Assembly (NCBI GenBank): GCA_963735035.1
Contig: CAVTJJ010000004.1
Span: 448,001-512,000 of the forward strand
Direction of reading: 5' to 3'
Source of the DNA: an uncultured candidate division Zixibacteria bacterium
GTDB lineage: Bacteria > Zixibacteria > MSB-5A5 > GN15 > FEB-12
Length of the DNA stretch: 64,000 nt
In this document: positions 1 through 9,937 of the stretch, piece by piece
Numbering within the stretch: position 1 is the stretch's first letter
Layout of the letters: every line of letters starts with the position of its first letter
Notes under the pieces: model-generated
The model's input: only the letters and a program-made list of their open reading frames with translations
Database searches by the model: none
What the model was told of the DNA's origin: nothing
Position numbers and translations under genes: made by a program

Positions 1-335
1 ATCTGGTTGAACATCCAATCGTACATTGACCCTTCGCCCCGACCTAAGAGCGGCGACCACGTCGAGGGCAACACGCCGGGGATCGCCATGGCGAATACCG
101 ACACCAATGTGAGGACCTTGTAACCCCAACCATCTTTCTTGCGAGCCACGGCCGTCGAGTTCACTCTCACGAGCGAAACTACGCCGAGGAGCAGGGTAAA
201 CCCGCCCACGATGGTCAGCCAGACCAGGAACTCCTGCTGGATATCCCCTACAATAGTGCCCTCGTGAAAAAAGAATCCAACCACCGAGAGAAGTCCGGCG
301 ATGAATGCAACTATGAAAGGGACCGTAGTGCGCAT
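1..335 (-). CDS. Membrane protein, partial (runs off window edge)
   Basis: Manual translation from ATG at 335: MRTTVPFIVAFIAGLLSVVGFFF..., hydrophobic; starts 2 nt after the stop of the upstream gene. Confidence 0.7.
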   Translation of the reverse strand, partial: MRTTVPFIVAFIAGLLSVVGFFFHEGTIVGDIQQEFLVWLTIVGGFTLLLGVVSLVRVNSTAVARKKDGWGYKVLTLVSVFAMAIPGVLPSTWSPLLGRGEGSMYDWMFNQ

Positions 336-337
336 GT

Positions 338-1216
338 CTAAACCGACCTAAACAACAGCTTGTACCAGTCGCCCATCCCGAACGTGACCAGCACCACGCC
401 GATAATTACCAGGATCACGATGATCATCTTGACAAAATCCTGACCTTTCAGTCCACCGGTCATGACCGGTTCGCGCGAGAGATAGGCCGACGCCGCGTAT
501 AATTCCTCGCCCATCAGGGTGTAATCGCAAGCGGCGATAAAGAACGGCAACTGCTCTGGTTGGGCGGTGCCGGCGATCTGAATCGACCCAGCGGCATTGC
601 CGGTCTCGGCCAGCAGAAGCGACTCGGCGAAAAAGGCCCCCATGTATATGTTCGTAGCCGGGCGCTCCCGCATCATGTACCCGTTGACTGTGGCTGTGAA
701 AGCGAACTGCTCTCCCGCGACATATCGCACCGTATCGCGGTCATAGGAATCGTGCTTGCCCATTTCGGTATATGCCTGCTCGACCACTTCCTGCCCGGCC
801 GCCAGCACCAGCGGATAGCGAACCGGCACCATGAGGGGGGTTTCATACTGGGCGGTAATACGTGCGACCCGGCCGAGAATCGAAATCCCGGCGATAGTCT
901 GGATCTCGTCGAGCTCCTGCAAACCGGGGATAAAGAGCACGGGGCGGCCCATTTCGGTGGCACGTCCGACCGCTTCTTCGACCGCGTCCAACCCGGCGAT
1001 TTTGCGCAAAAAGAGCGGTTTGCCCTGACGAGCCCAGCGGGTGTAGAGGAGAATGGCCGCCGAGAATACGACCAGGAACACGAGGGCGTTAATTCGATCA
1101 ATCCGGAACAGCGGCGTCTCGTCGCTCTGCGCCCAAATCAGTGAGGGGGTGAGAAGGAACGCGAGGGTGAGTGTGGCTGTCTTCCGGGTGACAAACGTTC
1201 GGAGGTTCACAATCAC
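338..1216 (-). CDS. Conserved membrane protein (DUF6754-like)
   Basis: 292 aa; LRKIAGLDAVEEAVGRATEMGRP, MGAFFAESL and QLPFFIAACDY..GEELYAASAYLS motifs; TM segments at both ends. Confidence 0.7.
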   Translation of the reverse strand: MIVNLRTFVTRKTATLTLAFLLTPSLIWAQSDETPLFRIDRINALVFLVVFSAAILLYTRWARQGKPLFLRKIAGLDAVEEAVGRATEMGRPVLFIPGLQELDEIQTIAGISILGRVARITAQYETPLMVPVRYPLVLAAGQEVVEQAYTEMGKHDSYDRDTVRYVAGEQFAFTATVNGYMMRERPATNIYMGAFFAESLLLAETGNAAGSIQIAGTAQPEQLPFFIAACDYTLMGEELYAASAYLSREPVMTGGLKGQDFVKMIIVILVIIGVVLVTFGMGDWYKLLFRSV

Positions 1217-1284
1217 GGTCTAATATATGAGAGAAGGGGGGTGGTTGTCAACGGGGGAGGGTGAGAGGGAGAGGGAGAGTGGCT

Positions 1285-1513
1285 TCGGTGGCCCACCCTA
1301 CGGGTGGGACTGGTAGCCCCAATCGGTGGCCCACCCTTCGGGTGGGATTCATGAATTAACTGATCGGCAGGGTTCCAGCCCTGCCGAGGATGGGTAGCCG
1401 ATAGCTTGCTCTGAGGACGGTGGAAGAAAATGCAGTAGGTCAGGAGGCCTTCGGCTCCTGACTGGCGGATCCTGCAAGAAAGAATGTCAGGAGGCAAAGG
1501 CCTCCTGACCTAC
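1285..1513. repeat. Cluster of REP-like palindromes including a GTAG...CTAC doublet (1435-1513)
   Basis: CCACCCT(A/T)CGGGTGG x2, CGGCAGGGTTCCAGCCCTGCCG, GTAGGTCAGGAGGC...CCTCCTGACCTAC. Confidence 0.75.
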
Positions 1514-1518
1514 TATGG

Positions 1519-1995
1519 CTACACAGCCAGAATTCTTTCCATCAGGATCACCTTCTTGTCACGGGGAAAAGGAGGTCGGCGCGTTTCTCGACCAGTAACC
1601 GACATTCCCATCGCTTGATAGAAGGGCACTGAAGATTCGCCTAGTGCAACCAGGGACAATTTCAGATGGCCGTCACTTCTGATGGTCTTCTCAGCCGCGT
1701 TGTACAATTGCGCGCCGACACCCTTGCGGTGCCAATTCGGGTCGACATATAGTCTCGTGATCGTCGCACCCCTTGTCGAAACCATTCCTACAATGGTCCC
1801 ATCGCTGCAAGCTACCAGGTAGAGCTCGGTCACACAGTCGCGTTCAACCGTTTCAACCGATCCTCGCTTAGCAACCAGGAACTCGACATACTCTTCGGGA
1901 AACCCCTCTGTCTTGCCAAGCCACCGATAGCAGGTGCACAGGAGGGTGCTGACGGCGGGGATGTCGATTTTCTGCATTGATCTTATGAATACCAT
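1519..1995 (-). CDS. GNAT-family N-acetyltransferase
   Basis: LYVDPNWHRKGVGAQL (motif A) and SVPFYQAMGM (motif B). Confidence 0.8.
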   Translation of the reverse strand: MVFIRSMQKIDIPAVSTLLCTCYRWLGKTEGFPEEYVEFLVAKRGSVETVERDCVTELYLVACSDGTIVGMVSTRGATITRLYVDPNWHRKGVGAQLYNAAEKTIRSDGHLKLSLVALGESSVPFYQAMGMSVTGRETRRPPFPRDKKVILMERILAV

Positions 1996-2220
1996 TCCGC
2001 ATTCCTGTTGGACTCAGATAGAATCGCGCGAAGGTTAGCTCGTACAGGCGATGGCGTCAGCTGAAAACTTACTGGATGTAGGTCGGGTTTGAGCATGATT
2101 CAATTGAGTGAAGAACCCTACACAACGCCACACAAGAAAACCGGCAGGGTTCTAGCCCTGCCGATCAGTTAAGTCGAGTAGTGAGCCGCTACGAGTTGAG
2201 CGCACAGCCCGACACAGGCT

Positions 2221-3021
2221 CTACTTGCGCTCATCTGTCGGCCGGGTCTTTTCGAGTGGTAGCAGGACTGGCGGGATCGAAGGGATCTTGCCGTGATATT
2301 GGTGCCGCAAAGCTTCTTTTGCCACAGGTTCCAATAGGTTGAAGATATAGGAGTACAGGATGTCGGTGTTTGATCCAAATGTGTTCACCGGCGCGTTGCT
2401 CAGTGCAACCACTTCTTTTCCATCAAAACCTACTCGCCTTACTGCTATGCCACGGCTGTGCGGGTTTATTGGGATCGTGTCAGGGCTGGAAAGGACTTCA
2501 GACATGAGCCCGAGTTGTGCTGTGATCCACTCCTCGGTCTTTGAATTGGCTTCGGCCGAAATGGGAACGTGGATCTCATCCATCCCCTCGTAAGTCAGAA
2601 AAGAACCGATCGCGAGTAGTCCGCTATCTGTGCATACCAGCGCATCGCACATGTAACTGGGTCCGTCTACAGCGCCAACTTCGCAAGAATAAAGGACGCG
2701 GCTAATGTGAAACAAAGAATCACAACGGGACCAGAATTGACCCGGTTCGTCTCGCTGGAACCAGCCATCAATGATCTCACGCGACCAAATTGTCATAATA
2801 CTATTGGGTGATTCTCGAAACTGATTGTCCATCAGGCTGTCGACAAGCTGCTCGTATGCGGCTTGGTTGTAGATGAAACTGGTATCTGTCGCATTAGCAC
2901 AGAAGCTGCACTCATTGCTGCCACTGGATTGGCATCCGAGCCAGACCAGGGAGATCCAGCATACCACGACGATTATGCCTACCCAATTGCGGTTGAATGA
3001 TAACTTGAGCCATCGTCCCAT
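2221..3021 (-). CDS. Hypothetical lipoprotein
   Basis: Signal peptide with lipobox-like WLGC; GGAG RBS upstream. Confidence 0.55.
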   Translation of the reverse strand: MGRWLKLSFNRNWVGIIVVVCWISLVWLGCQSSGSNECSFCANATDTSFIYNQAAYEQLVDSLMDNQFRESPNSIMTIWSREIIDGWFQRDEPGQFWSRCDSLFHISRVLYSCEVGAVDGPSYMCDALVCTDSGLLAIGSFLTYEGMDEIHVPISAEANSKTEEWITAQLGLMSEVLSSPDTIPINPHSRGIAVRRVGFDGKEVVALSNAPVNTFGSNTDILYSYIFNLLEPVAKEALRHQYHGKIPSIPPVLLPLEKTRPTDERK

Positions 3022-3109
3022 TTCACACTCCTGCTTTGACGAGAAGATACCCGTGTTTTGGCAATGATGTCAGCAGAACATTCATCCAGAGCAGGAAAAC
3101 AAGACGAAC

Positions 3110-3545
3110 ACGGCCGCGAGGCCGTCACACCGGAGAAAGCCGGTGCCCAGTTATGACTGCAGAGGCAGCACAACAATGTTCAAGATTATGATCGAAAGGA
3201 GGGGCCGAACATAGGATCCAGTTCTCTTGCCACCACAACTGGGTCCCGACTTTCGTCGGGATGACGGGGCTTCGCCCCGTTTCTTTCCTGTCTTGCGCCC
3301 ACAAGAAGACCGGCAGGGTTGGAACCCTGCCGATCATGTTTGAGTGCAAATGTGGATCTGCCGCGTCGGACCGGGCACAAACAAAATGCCGTCAGGCAGA
3401 GACGCCTGACGGCACACAGTTGTGACTTGAAACAAAAGACCCGGCAGATGTGGACATCTGCCGGGCACGTTTTGTGGACTTTTATCTTCACCCACCCGAA
3501 GGGTGGGCCATCAAGGGGCAGACGAGACGTCTGCCCCCCACCTAT
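3110..3545. repeat. Composite REP/MITE cluster
   Basis: ~170-bp element GGCCGTCACACCGG..CCCAGTT...AACTGGG..GATGACGGGGC, homologous to 51771-51943, followed by four other palindrome families seen elsewhere in the window. Confidence 0.75.
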
Positions 3546-3550
3546 CAGCC

Positions 3551-4633
3551 CTACTCGGCCACGGTCGGGCTGCTCAGTTCCTTCTTCAGGTTCTCGATCA
3601 CATCAACCGGAGTAGCATCGATATCACTCATCACCGCCAGATAATATGACACGAAATCACCCATCTGGATCAGGTTGAACAGGCGCTGCATGGGCGTCTC
3701 ACCCGTAGCATACAGGTCTATTACCATGATATCCTGCTCTTCGATCAATCTCTTCACCACATCCATGCGGGCGGAGACTTTCTCGTGATCGTCCTCACTC
3801 CGGAGATTCAGCACGATCAACTGTTCCTTCTGTTCGAAAGAGAGAGCCGACCAACCGACCAGTTCGTTGTGATTGAATTCCGGATAGACATTGGAAAAAG
3901 CCAGAATCTTCGAGTTCTCACAGACCTGGGTCTTCCAGCGCATCGCCGCGACATCGGTCAGAGTCGGTCCGGCGTAGATAATCGGAATCTTGCCGTGAAT
4001 GAGTTGAGCCAGTTGCTTGGCCGGGTTAGCCTGGCTAAGTGAGCTTTCGGCCATTCGTTCGCGAGTGCTCTTGAGATGCTCAATCGTTCCGCGAATGAGT
4101 TCGGTGGCATTCTTGGCCAGCCCGACTTTCTCCAGGAAGACCATCAACGGCACGAACGAATAGCCCAGCGCGGCGCGCGGCTGTAGTCCGCCCGGCAGTT
4201 TGAGCATCGGAATTTCGTTTAACTGGGCGACTTCTTCAAGCAGTCCGCCGGTGGTCATGACAACAATCATGGCCCCACGTCCGAGGGCGTCATCGATAGC
4301 CGACAGGGTCTCCTCGGTATTGCCGCTGTATGACGAGACGATCACCAGCGATTCGTCGTCGACAAACTCCGGAAGAGCATAGTTGCGACAGACCTGGAAC
4401 GGGATGACCAGTTCCCGGGTGAGGAGGGAGCGGGCGATATCGCCGCCGATGGCCGAGCCGCCCATGCCGACCGCGACCACGTTGCGGATATCGGGGAACT
4501 CGTTGGCCGGAACGTTCCAGCCGCCGGCCATCTTGAGGGCTTTCGCCATCTGTTCCGGCAAATCGAAAATAGCGTTGTGCATGTTGCCGGGGTCAAGCGC
4601 CCGGATGGCGTCTAAATCGTCAAGCTGTGCCAA
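3551..4633 (-). CDS. Bifunctional phosphoglucose/phosphomannose isomerase (SIS fold)
   Basis: GMGGSAIGG, SYSGNTEET, PRAA, RWKTQVCENSK and PEFNHNE motifs. Confidence 0.9.
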   Translation of the reverse strand: MAQLDDLDAIRALDPGNMHNAIFDLPEQMAKALKMAGGWNVPANEFPDIRNVVAVGMGGSAIGGDIARSLLTRELVIPFQVCRNYALPEFVDDESLVIVSSYSGNTEETLSAIDDALGRGAMIVVMTTGGLLEEVAQLNEIPMLKLPGGLQPRAALGYSFVPLMVFLEKVGLAKNATELIRGTIEHLKSTRERMAESSLSQANPAKQLAQLIHGKIPIIYAGPTLTDVAAMRWKTQVCENSKILAFSNVYPEFNHNELVGWSALSFEQKEQLIVLNLRSEDDHEKVSARMDVVKRLIEEQDIMVIDLYATGETPMQRLFNLIQMGDFVSYYLAVMSDIDATPVDVIENLKKELSSPTVAE

Positions 4634-4659
4634 GATTCCGTCCTTGCTAACAAATAAAG

Positions 4660-6420
4660 TTACGCGTTTTCAATCGTGTTTCTATAACTCTGTATCCGTC
4701 GCATCGCGGCGACGGCGCTCTGGCTCGACAACACCGGGCCAACCAGACCCTTTACCGAGCCGGCGTCAATCTTTCGAATTAAGCGACAAGAGTCAAATAC
4801 CTTGTTTGGGTTCATCGATAATCCGGTGACCCCCATTCCGACAAATAAAATTATTCCCAGCGGGTCGCCGGCCACTTCGCCACAGACGCAGACCGGCTTC
4901 TTGAGGCGGCGACAGGCCCTTATAGTCATGTCCACCAGGGTCAAGACAGAGGGGTGGAAGGGGTTGTACAGGCTGGCCACCCGGTCGTTGGCCCGGTCGG
5001 CTGACATGGTGTACTGGGTCAGGTCGTTGGTGCCTATATGGACGAAATCGGCCAGCTCGGCCAGCGGTCCGGCCATGAGCGCTGCCGAGGGGACCTCGAC
5101 CATGACGCCCACCCGGATATTCTCGTCAAACCCCAGTCCGGCCCGGCGCAGCTCAAGCATCGCCTGTGAAATCAGTTTCTTGGCTTTGCGGAGTTCGCCG
5201 ATATCGGCAATCATCGGCAGCAGGATACTGGTATTCCGACGGGTCGATGACCGCAGAATGGCCCGAACCTGCGCTTTGAACACTTCGGGCATTTCGAGCA
5301 TCGAGCGGATTCCGCGCCAGCCGAGAGCCGGATTAGGCTCGATGAACTGCGGGTCGCCGGAGCGAACTTTGTCCGAGCCGAGATCAAAAGTGCGGAATAT
5401 GACGTGAGACGACTCAAACCGGGCCGCGATCCGGTCATAAAAGCGGAACTGAGCTTCCTCGTTGGGGGCCTCTTCGCCTTCAAGATAGAGAAACTCGGTG
5501 CGATAAAGGCCGACCGGAATCTGCTTGCTGGCCAAAATGTCATCAATCGGGCCGGGGAATTCGAGATTGGCAGCTATCTGGACCTGAACGCCATCGGCGG
5601 TGCGAGGCGGGATTTCGGTAATCTGTTTGATCCGGTTGATAATCGCCGGACCGAGCTTAACGCGCCTCTTCTCGTATTCACCCCACTCCCGGTCGGTCGG
5701 ATTGATTATAACCTGACCGAGGGAACCATCGACAATCATCCGGCACCCGGCCGTCGCCTTAGTCAGAATCTGAGGAGCTGCAACCATCGGTATCAAGAGC
5801 GAGCGGGCGATCAAAGCGGTGTGAGAATGGGCGCCACATTCTGCGACCACAAACCCGGCCGCTTTACGATCGCGGTAGTCTAATACGTTTCCGGGGCTGA
5901 GTGACGGGACTACCAGGATCGTATGGGCATCAAACGGTGTAGTCGATTTCTCGCCGACACCGGCCAGATGCGACAGCACCCGGTCCGCGACCGAGTCGAT
6001 CTCCTGTGCGGACTGACGCAGATACGGGTTCTCGGCCTGCCGCAATTGATGAGTATTCTGTCTCACCCAGAGGTTGTAGATGTAGGCGGCGTTGCGATGC
6101 TGGCGGGCAATCTCTTCTCTGACGTTATCGAGAAAGGCCTCGTCGGTCGCTATAAGTACCTGTGCTTCAAAGACATTGGATATGGAGCCGTCCATTTTAC
6201 GGCTCGCGGCATGCTGCAACTTGCGGAGTTCTTTCGCGGTTTCGGCGACAGCTTTATCAAGGGCGGCGATTTCAAGATCGACTTCGGAAGCCTTGACCGG
6301 CTTTTCGGCAACATCGAGAAAGCCCGGAATGATCACCTGGGCATGCCCCAAGGCGATTCCGGAAGATATTGGTATCCCTCTGATTACTTTACGCTTACCT
6401 GTTTCAGCACCCATTGACAA
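4660..6420 (-). CDS. ptsI: PTS enzyme I (PEP-protein phosphotransferase)
   Basis: SHTALIARSL (phospho-His), GLYRTEFLY, EPNPALGWRGIR, IGTNDLTQY, CGE. Confidence 0.92.
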   Translation of the reverse strand: MSMGAETGKRKVIRGIPISSGIALGHAQVIIPGFLDVAEKPVKASEVDLEIAALDKAVAETAKELRKLQHAASRKMDGSISNVFEAQVLIATDEAFLDNVREEIARQHRNAAYIYNLWVRQNTHQLRQAENPYLRQSAQEIDSVADRVLSHLAGVGEKSTTPFDAHTILVVPSLSPGNVLDYRDRKAAGFVVAECGAHSHTALIARSLLIPMVAAPQILTKATAGCRMIVDGSLGQVIINPTDREWGEYEKRRVKLGPAIINRIKQITEIPPRTADGVQVQIAANLEFPGPIDDILASKQIPVGLYRTEFLYLEGEEAPNEEAQFRFYDRIAARFESSHVIFRTFDLGSDKVRSGDPQFIEPNPALGWRGIRSMLEMPEVFKAQVRAILRSSTRRNTSILLPMIADIGELRKAKKLISQAMLELRRAGLGFDENIRVGVMVEVPSAALMAGPLAELADFVHIGTNDLTQYTMSADRANDRVASLYNPFHPSVLTLVDMTIRACRRLKKPVCVCGEVAGDPLGIILFVGMGVTGLSMNPNKVFDSCRLIRKIDAGSVKGLVGPVLSSQSAVAAMRRIQSYRNTIENA

Positions 6421-6478
6421 TCCAATCCGAATTGGACCACTATATAGTAAGAAAAACGGCGTAAACGCAAGCGGAATA

Positions 6479-6748
6479 TCAGATTTCCTCGCCGAAGCCG
6501 GTCTGGATCAGGGCGATTACGGCTTCGACGGCGGCCTCGGAGTCAGCTCCATCGGCCTCAATCATCAATTCAGCCCCTCGTTCGGCGGCGAGCATCATCA
6601 CGCCCATGATCGATTTGGCGTTGATGCGGAGATCATCGCGGGTGATAAACACCTCTGACTGAAACTTGGCGGCCACGGACACGAGCATGGCTGATGGGCG
6701 GGCGTGGAGACCCAGCTTATTTACGATTCTGGTACTGCGGCTGGTCAT
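6479..6748 (-). CDS. ptsH: Phosphocarrier protein HPr
   Basis: GLHARP (His15) and NAKSIMGVMMLA (Ser46). Confidence 0.95.
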   Translation of the reverse strand: MTSRSTRIVNKLGLHARPSAMLVSVAAKFQSEVFITRDDLRINAKSIMGVMMLAAERGAELMIEADGADSEAAVEAVIALIQTGFGEEI

Positions 6749-6751
6749 GGA

Positions 6752-7861
6752 CTACTGGTCGGTTAAAACGAAACGCTTGCCGGGAAGTTCTTGGACGACC
6801 CCTTTCAGCTCCAGGGCGAGGAGATATTCCATAATTTCAGACACAGTCAACCCGGCCATTCGGCAAAGCTGGTCAATCTGAAGTGGTCCGCTGGAAAGGT
6901 GGTCTACCATTTTGATTTCGATATCGGTCAGGTCCGGTTTTTGTCTTACCCGTTTGGCGGTAAGTTCGCCCGAGAGCCGGGGAATTTCATCAAAAACATC
7001 TTTGGTGCAGGTGAGCAACCTGGCGCCCTGCTTGATCAGGCTGTTGGCGCCGAACGAGCGTTCGGAATCCGGTCGGCCCGGAACGGCAAACAATTCCCGT
7101 CCCTGATCGAGCGCGAACTGGGCGGTGATGAGCGCCCCCGACTTCAGTCCGGCTTCCACTACAATCACACCCTCGGACATGCCCGAGATGATCCGATTGC
7201 GCTCGGGGAAATTCGACGGATTGGTGACGGTCCCTGGCCAATATTCGGAGTAGACCGCGCCTTGTTTCTGAATGCGTTCGGACAGTTCACGGTTGGAAGG
7301 TGGGTATACCAGGTCAATCGGTGTGCCCCATACGGCGAATGTCTGTCCACCTGCTTCCAGAGCCCCACGATGCGCGGCAGAATCGATTCCCTCGGCCATG
7401 CCTGAGACAACTGTTACTCCCGCTTGCGCCAGTTCGGTAGCCAGGCGGGCTGTGAATCTCCGACCCCATTCGGTGGCGTGACGGGTGCCGACAATGCCTA
7501 TCATCTTGTCGTGCTCCAGGATCGGTTCTCCGGAGCGGAACAAAAGTGGCGGGCGATCATCGATCTGAGCCAGGAGCGACGGATACTCGGGGGAATCGGG
7601 GAAGAGGACGGCCCAGCCTAGTTGTGCGATTCGGGCCGCCGTCAGGTGCGCAGTGTCGGAATCACATTTTTCTTTGATAGCCCCAGCCAGTACCTCTGAT
7701 AGTCCGGGCACCGCCGCTAGGGCGTCGAACGATGCCCCCAACGCCTGCGCCGGTGAGCCGAAATGACTGACCAGACGGGTGAATCTCCCCCGGCCTATGC
7801 CGGGTATGCTCAGGAGCGCGAGGGTATCAACCAGGCGCTCTTTAGTCTCGGAACTGATCAA
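6752..7861 (-). CDS. dprA: DNA-processing protein DprA/Smf
   Basis: IVGTR, VSGMAEGID..AH, FPERNRIISG, VVEAGLKSGALITA, C-terminal winged helix. Confidence 0.92.
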   Translation of the reverse strand: MISSETKERLVDTLALLSIPGIGRGRFTRLVSHFGSPAQALGASFDALAAVPGLSEVLAGAIKEKCDSDTAHLTAARIAQLGWAVLFPDSPEYPSLLAQIDDRPPLLFRSGEPILEHDKMIGIVGTRHATEWGRRFTARLATELAQAGVTVVSGMAEGIDSAAHRGALEAGGQTFAVWGTPIDLVYPPSNRELSERIQKQGAVYSEYWPGTVTNPSNFPERNRIISGMSEGVIVVEAGLKSGALITAQFALDQGRELFAVPGRPDSERSFGANSLIKQGARLLTCTKDVFDEIPRLSGELTAKRVRQKPDLTDIEIKMVDHLSSGPLQIDQLCRMAGLTVSEIMEYLLALELKGVVQELPGKRFVLTDQ

Positions 7862-8825
7862 GCTGCCTCTCTATCGCCTGAAGGAACAAATCCTCTCCAC
7901 GGTGTGCTACCGCTGAAAGGAAAAGATAATCGGGCGGTAGACCGGCGGAAACAACTTTAAGATCACTTTCGGATATGGTGTCGATCTTGGTAATGACGGT
8001 CAACGACGGACGCTTGACCAGGGCGGAATCGAACTCGGCCAGTTCCTTCTCCAGAACGCTGCGGGTCTGCGGAATATTCTCATCGTTCACGTCGATGACA
8101 TACACGATTACTCTGGTGCGCTGGATATGTTTGAGGAACTGGTGTCCCAGGCCTTTGCCCTGAGACGCGCCTTCGATCAATCCGGGGATGTCGGCCATGA
8201 CGCAGGATTTCGCTTCGCGAAACCGGACGATTCCCAGATTGGGGACCAGAGTCGTAAACGGGTAGTCGGCGATTTTTGGTCGGGCGGCAGAGAATGTGGC
8301 CAGGATCGTTGACTTGCCGGCGTTAGGCTGACCGACCAGGCCGACATCGGCCAGAAGTTTGAGCTCAAGAGCCAGGGCCAGTTGTCCACCGGGAAGGCCG
8401 GGTTGGGCTTGACGGGGCGTCTGATTGGTGGAAGACTTGAAATGGGTGTTGCCGAAGCCCCCTTTGCCGCCGGCGGCCAGAATCACGCGTCGTCCCGGCT
8501 CATCGAGATCGGCAATCAGCTCGCCAGTCTCGACATTCTTGATGAGGGTCCCTACCGGGACGCGCACTTCGATATCCGGAGCGGAGCGGCCGGTCTTGAG
8601 TGACCCCATGCCCGGCTGGCCGTTCTCGGCCTTGATCTTGGGCCGATAGCGAAAATCCAGAAGAGTCTTCAACTCGGGATCGGCTACCGCAATGACATCG
8701 CCCCCGCGGCCGCCATCGCCGCCGTTCGGCCCGCCTTTCGGGACATATTTTTCCTTACGGAATGCGACACAGCCTGGGCCGCCATGGCCGGCGGTAACCT
8801 CAATCTCAACATAATCGACGAACAT
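7842..8825 (-). CDS. obgE: GTPase ObgE/CgtA
   Basis: MFVD..., Gly-rich Obg fold, GQPNAGKST, YPFTT, DIPGLIEGA, TKID. Confidence 0.95.
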   Translation of the reverse strand: MFVDYVEIEVTAGHGGPGCVAFRKEKYVPKGGPNGGDGGRGGDVIAVADPELKTLLDFRYRPKIKAENGQPGMGSLKTGRSAPDIEVRVPVGTLIKNVETGELIADLDEPGRRVILAAGGKGGFGNTHFKSSTNQTPRQAQPGLPGGQLALALELKLLADVGLVGQPNAGKSTILATFSAARPKIADYPFTTLVPNLGIVRFREAKSCVMADIPGLIEGASQGKGLGHQFLKHIQRTRVIVYVIDVNDENIPQTRSVLEKELAEFDSALVKRPSLTVITKIDTISESDLKVVSAGLPPDYLFLSAVAHRGEDLFLQAIERQLDQFRD

Positions 8826-8947
8826 TGGTGCAATATCCCGGTCCTGAGGCCAATTGTCAAACGCTCATAAGTTTTTGTTAGGCAGGAACCACCGGGAGAA
8901 AAATGTCCCGCAGAACCGGGCTTTCGTTATTTCCTCACACCTTTAGA

Positions 8948-9125
8948 CATAATTCTCCGGCTTGACCGGGGAATCTTGGGATTGTGGATGCCCCGCCTGA
9001 AGCGGGGCAAGACAGGAAGGGGCAGTCTTGTAGGGCGGGTCCGCTTCGAACCCGCCGGGAATCGGCAGATGTGGACATCTGCCGGGCACGTAGCACGGAT
9101 GCCCCGCCTAAAGCGGGGCAAGACA
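8948..9125. repeat. REP-like palindrome cluster
   Basis: TGCCCCGCCT(G/A)AAGCGGGGCA x2; GCAGATGTGGACATCTGC; GTAGGGCGGGTCCGCTTCGAACCCGCC. Confidence 0.7.
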
Positions 9126-9177
9126 TGAGGGGGGGGAGTGATTCTGTCATAATGCCAAATTAGTGCAGCCCACCTGA

Positions 9178-9206
9178 TTGACGCCGCCCGGACTCCTCGG
9201 TATATT
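9178..9206 (+). promoter_or_regulatory. sigma70-type promoter
   Basis: TTGACG-N17-TATATT about 20 nt upstream of ATG 9228. Confidence 0.65.
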
Positions 9207-9227
9207 GGCCGCCACTGAAAAGAGGAT

Positions 9228-9860
9228 ATGGACAATTTGCCTGGGTTAAATCAACGCAAACGGGAATGGTACGAACGGACGTCGCTCGTACTCGGCAAGG
9301 CCTGCCTCAAGCTCGGCCTGACCCCCAATATGCTGACAGCCATATCTCTAATCTGTGCTCTCGTAGCCGGTATTGAATTTTGGCGTGACCGGATGATTTC
9401 GGGGGTGATCTGGATGCTGGCCACCGCTATTACCGACATGCTCGACGGATCCACCGCCAGAGCCGGCAATATCGGAACGGTGTTTGGTGGGATTCTCGAC
9501 CATGTGTCCGATCGCTACGGCGAGTTTTTCATTCTCGCCGGGATAACACTCTCTGGGGCGGTCCACCCTGGCTGGGGGCTGTTTGCTCTTTTCGGAATGT
9601 TGATAGCCTCATACACGAGGGCCGCGGCCGAGTCGATGGGCAAAATCGAGAATTGTGCGGTCGGTATCATGGGTCGACTCGAAAAGTTTATTGCCATTAT
9701 GGCCGGATCGGTTCTCGAGAGCTTTGTCCCGAATTCGGCCTGGCCAAGAGGGCGCTGGCTGGAGCTGGCATTGATTGTAGTAGGGTTGACCTCAGTTATT
9801 ACGTCAATTCAACGCCTCGTATATACCCACAAAGTCCTCGGCGGCAGGAAATCCGGCTGA
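9228..9860 (+). CDS. CDP-alcohol phosphatidyltransferase (PIP synthase/PgsA-like)
   Basis: TPN.LT and D..DG..AR......G..LD..SDR signature; SY.RA.AE; GIMGRLE. Confidence 0.85.
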   Translation: MDNLPGLNQRKREWYERTSLVLGKACLKLGLTPNMLTAISLICALVAGIEFWRDRMISGVIWMLATAITDMLDGSTARAGNIGTVFGGILDHVSDRYGEFFILAGITLSGAVHPGWGLFALFGMLIASYTRAAAESMGKIENCAVGIMGRLEKFIAIMAGSVLESFVPNSAWPRGRWLELALIVVGLTSVITSIQRLVYTHKVLGGRKSG

Positions 9861-9937
9861 CCGCGGTCGCCCCAGCTTCTTCCTTGACTCCGGTCCTTCC
9901 AGTTACTACCTAAGCTGCTCTAACGATTGGATAAGGC

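Noticed and set aside
1285..3545. REP clusters as a CRISPR array or integron attC cassettes
   Set aside because: No regular repeat-spacer period, no integrase, and the same motifs flank housekeeping genes throughout the window.
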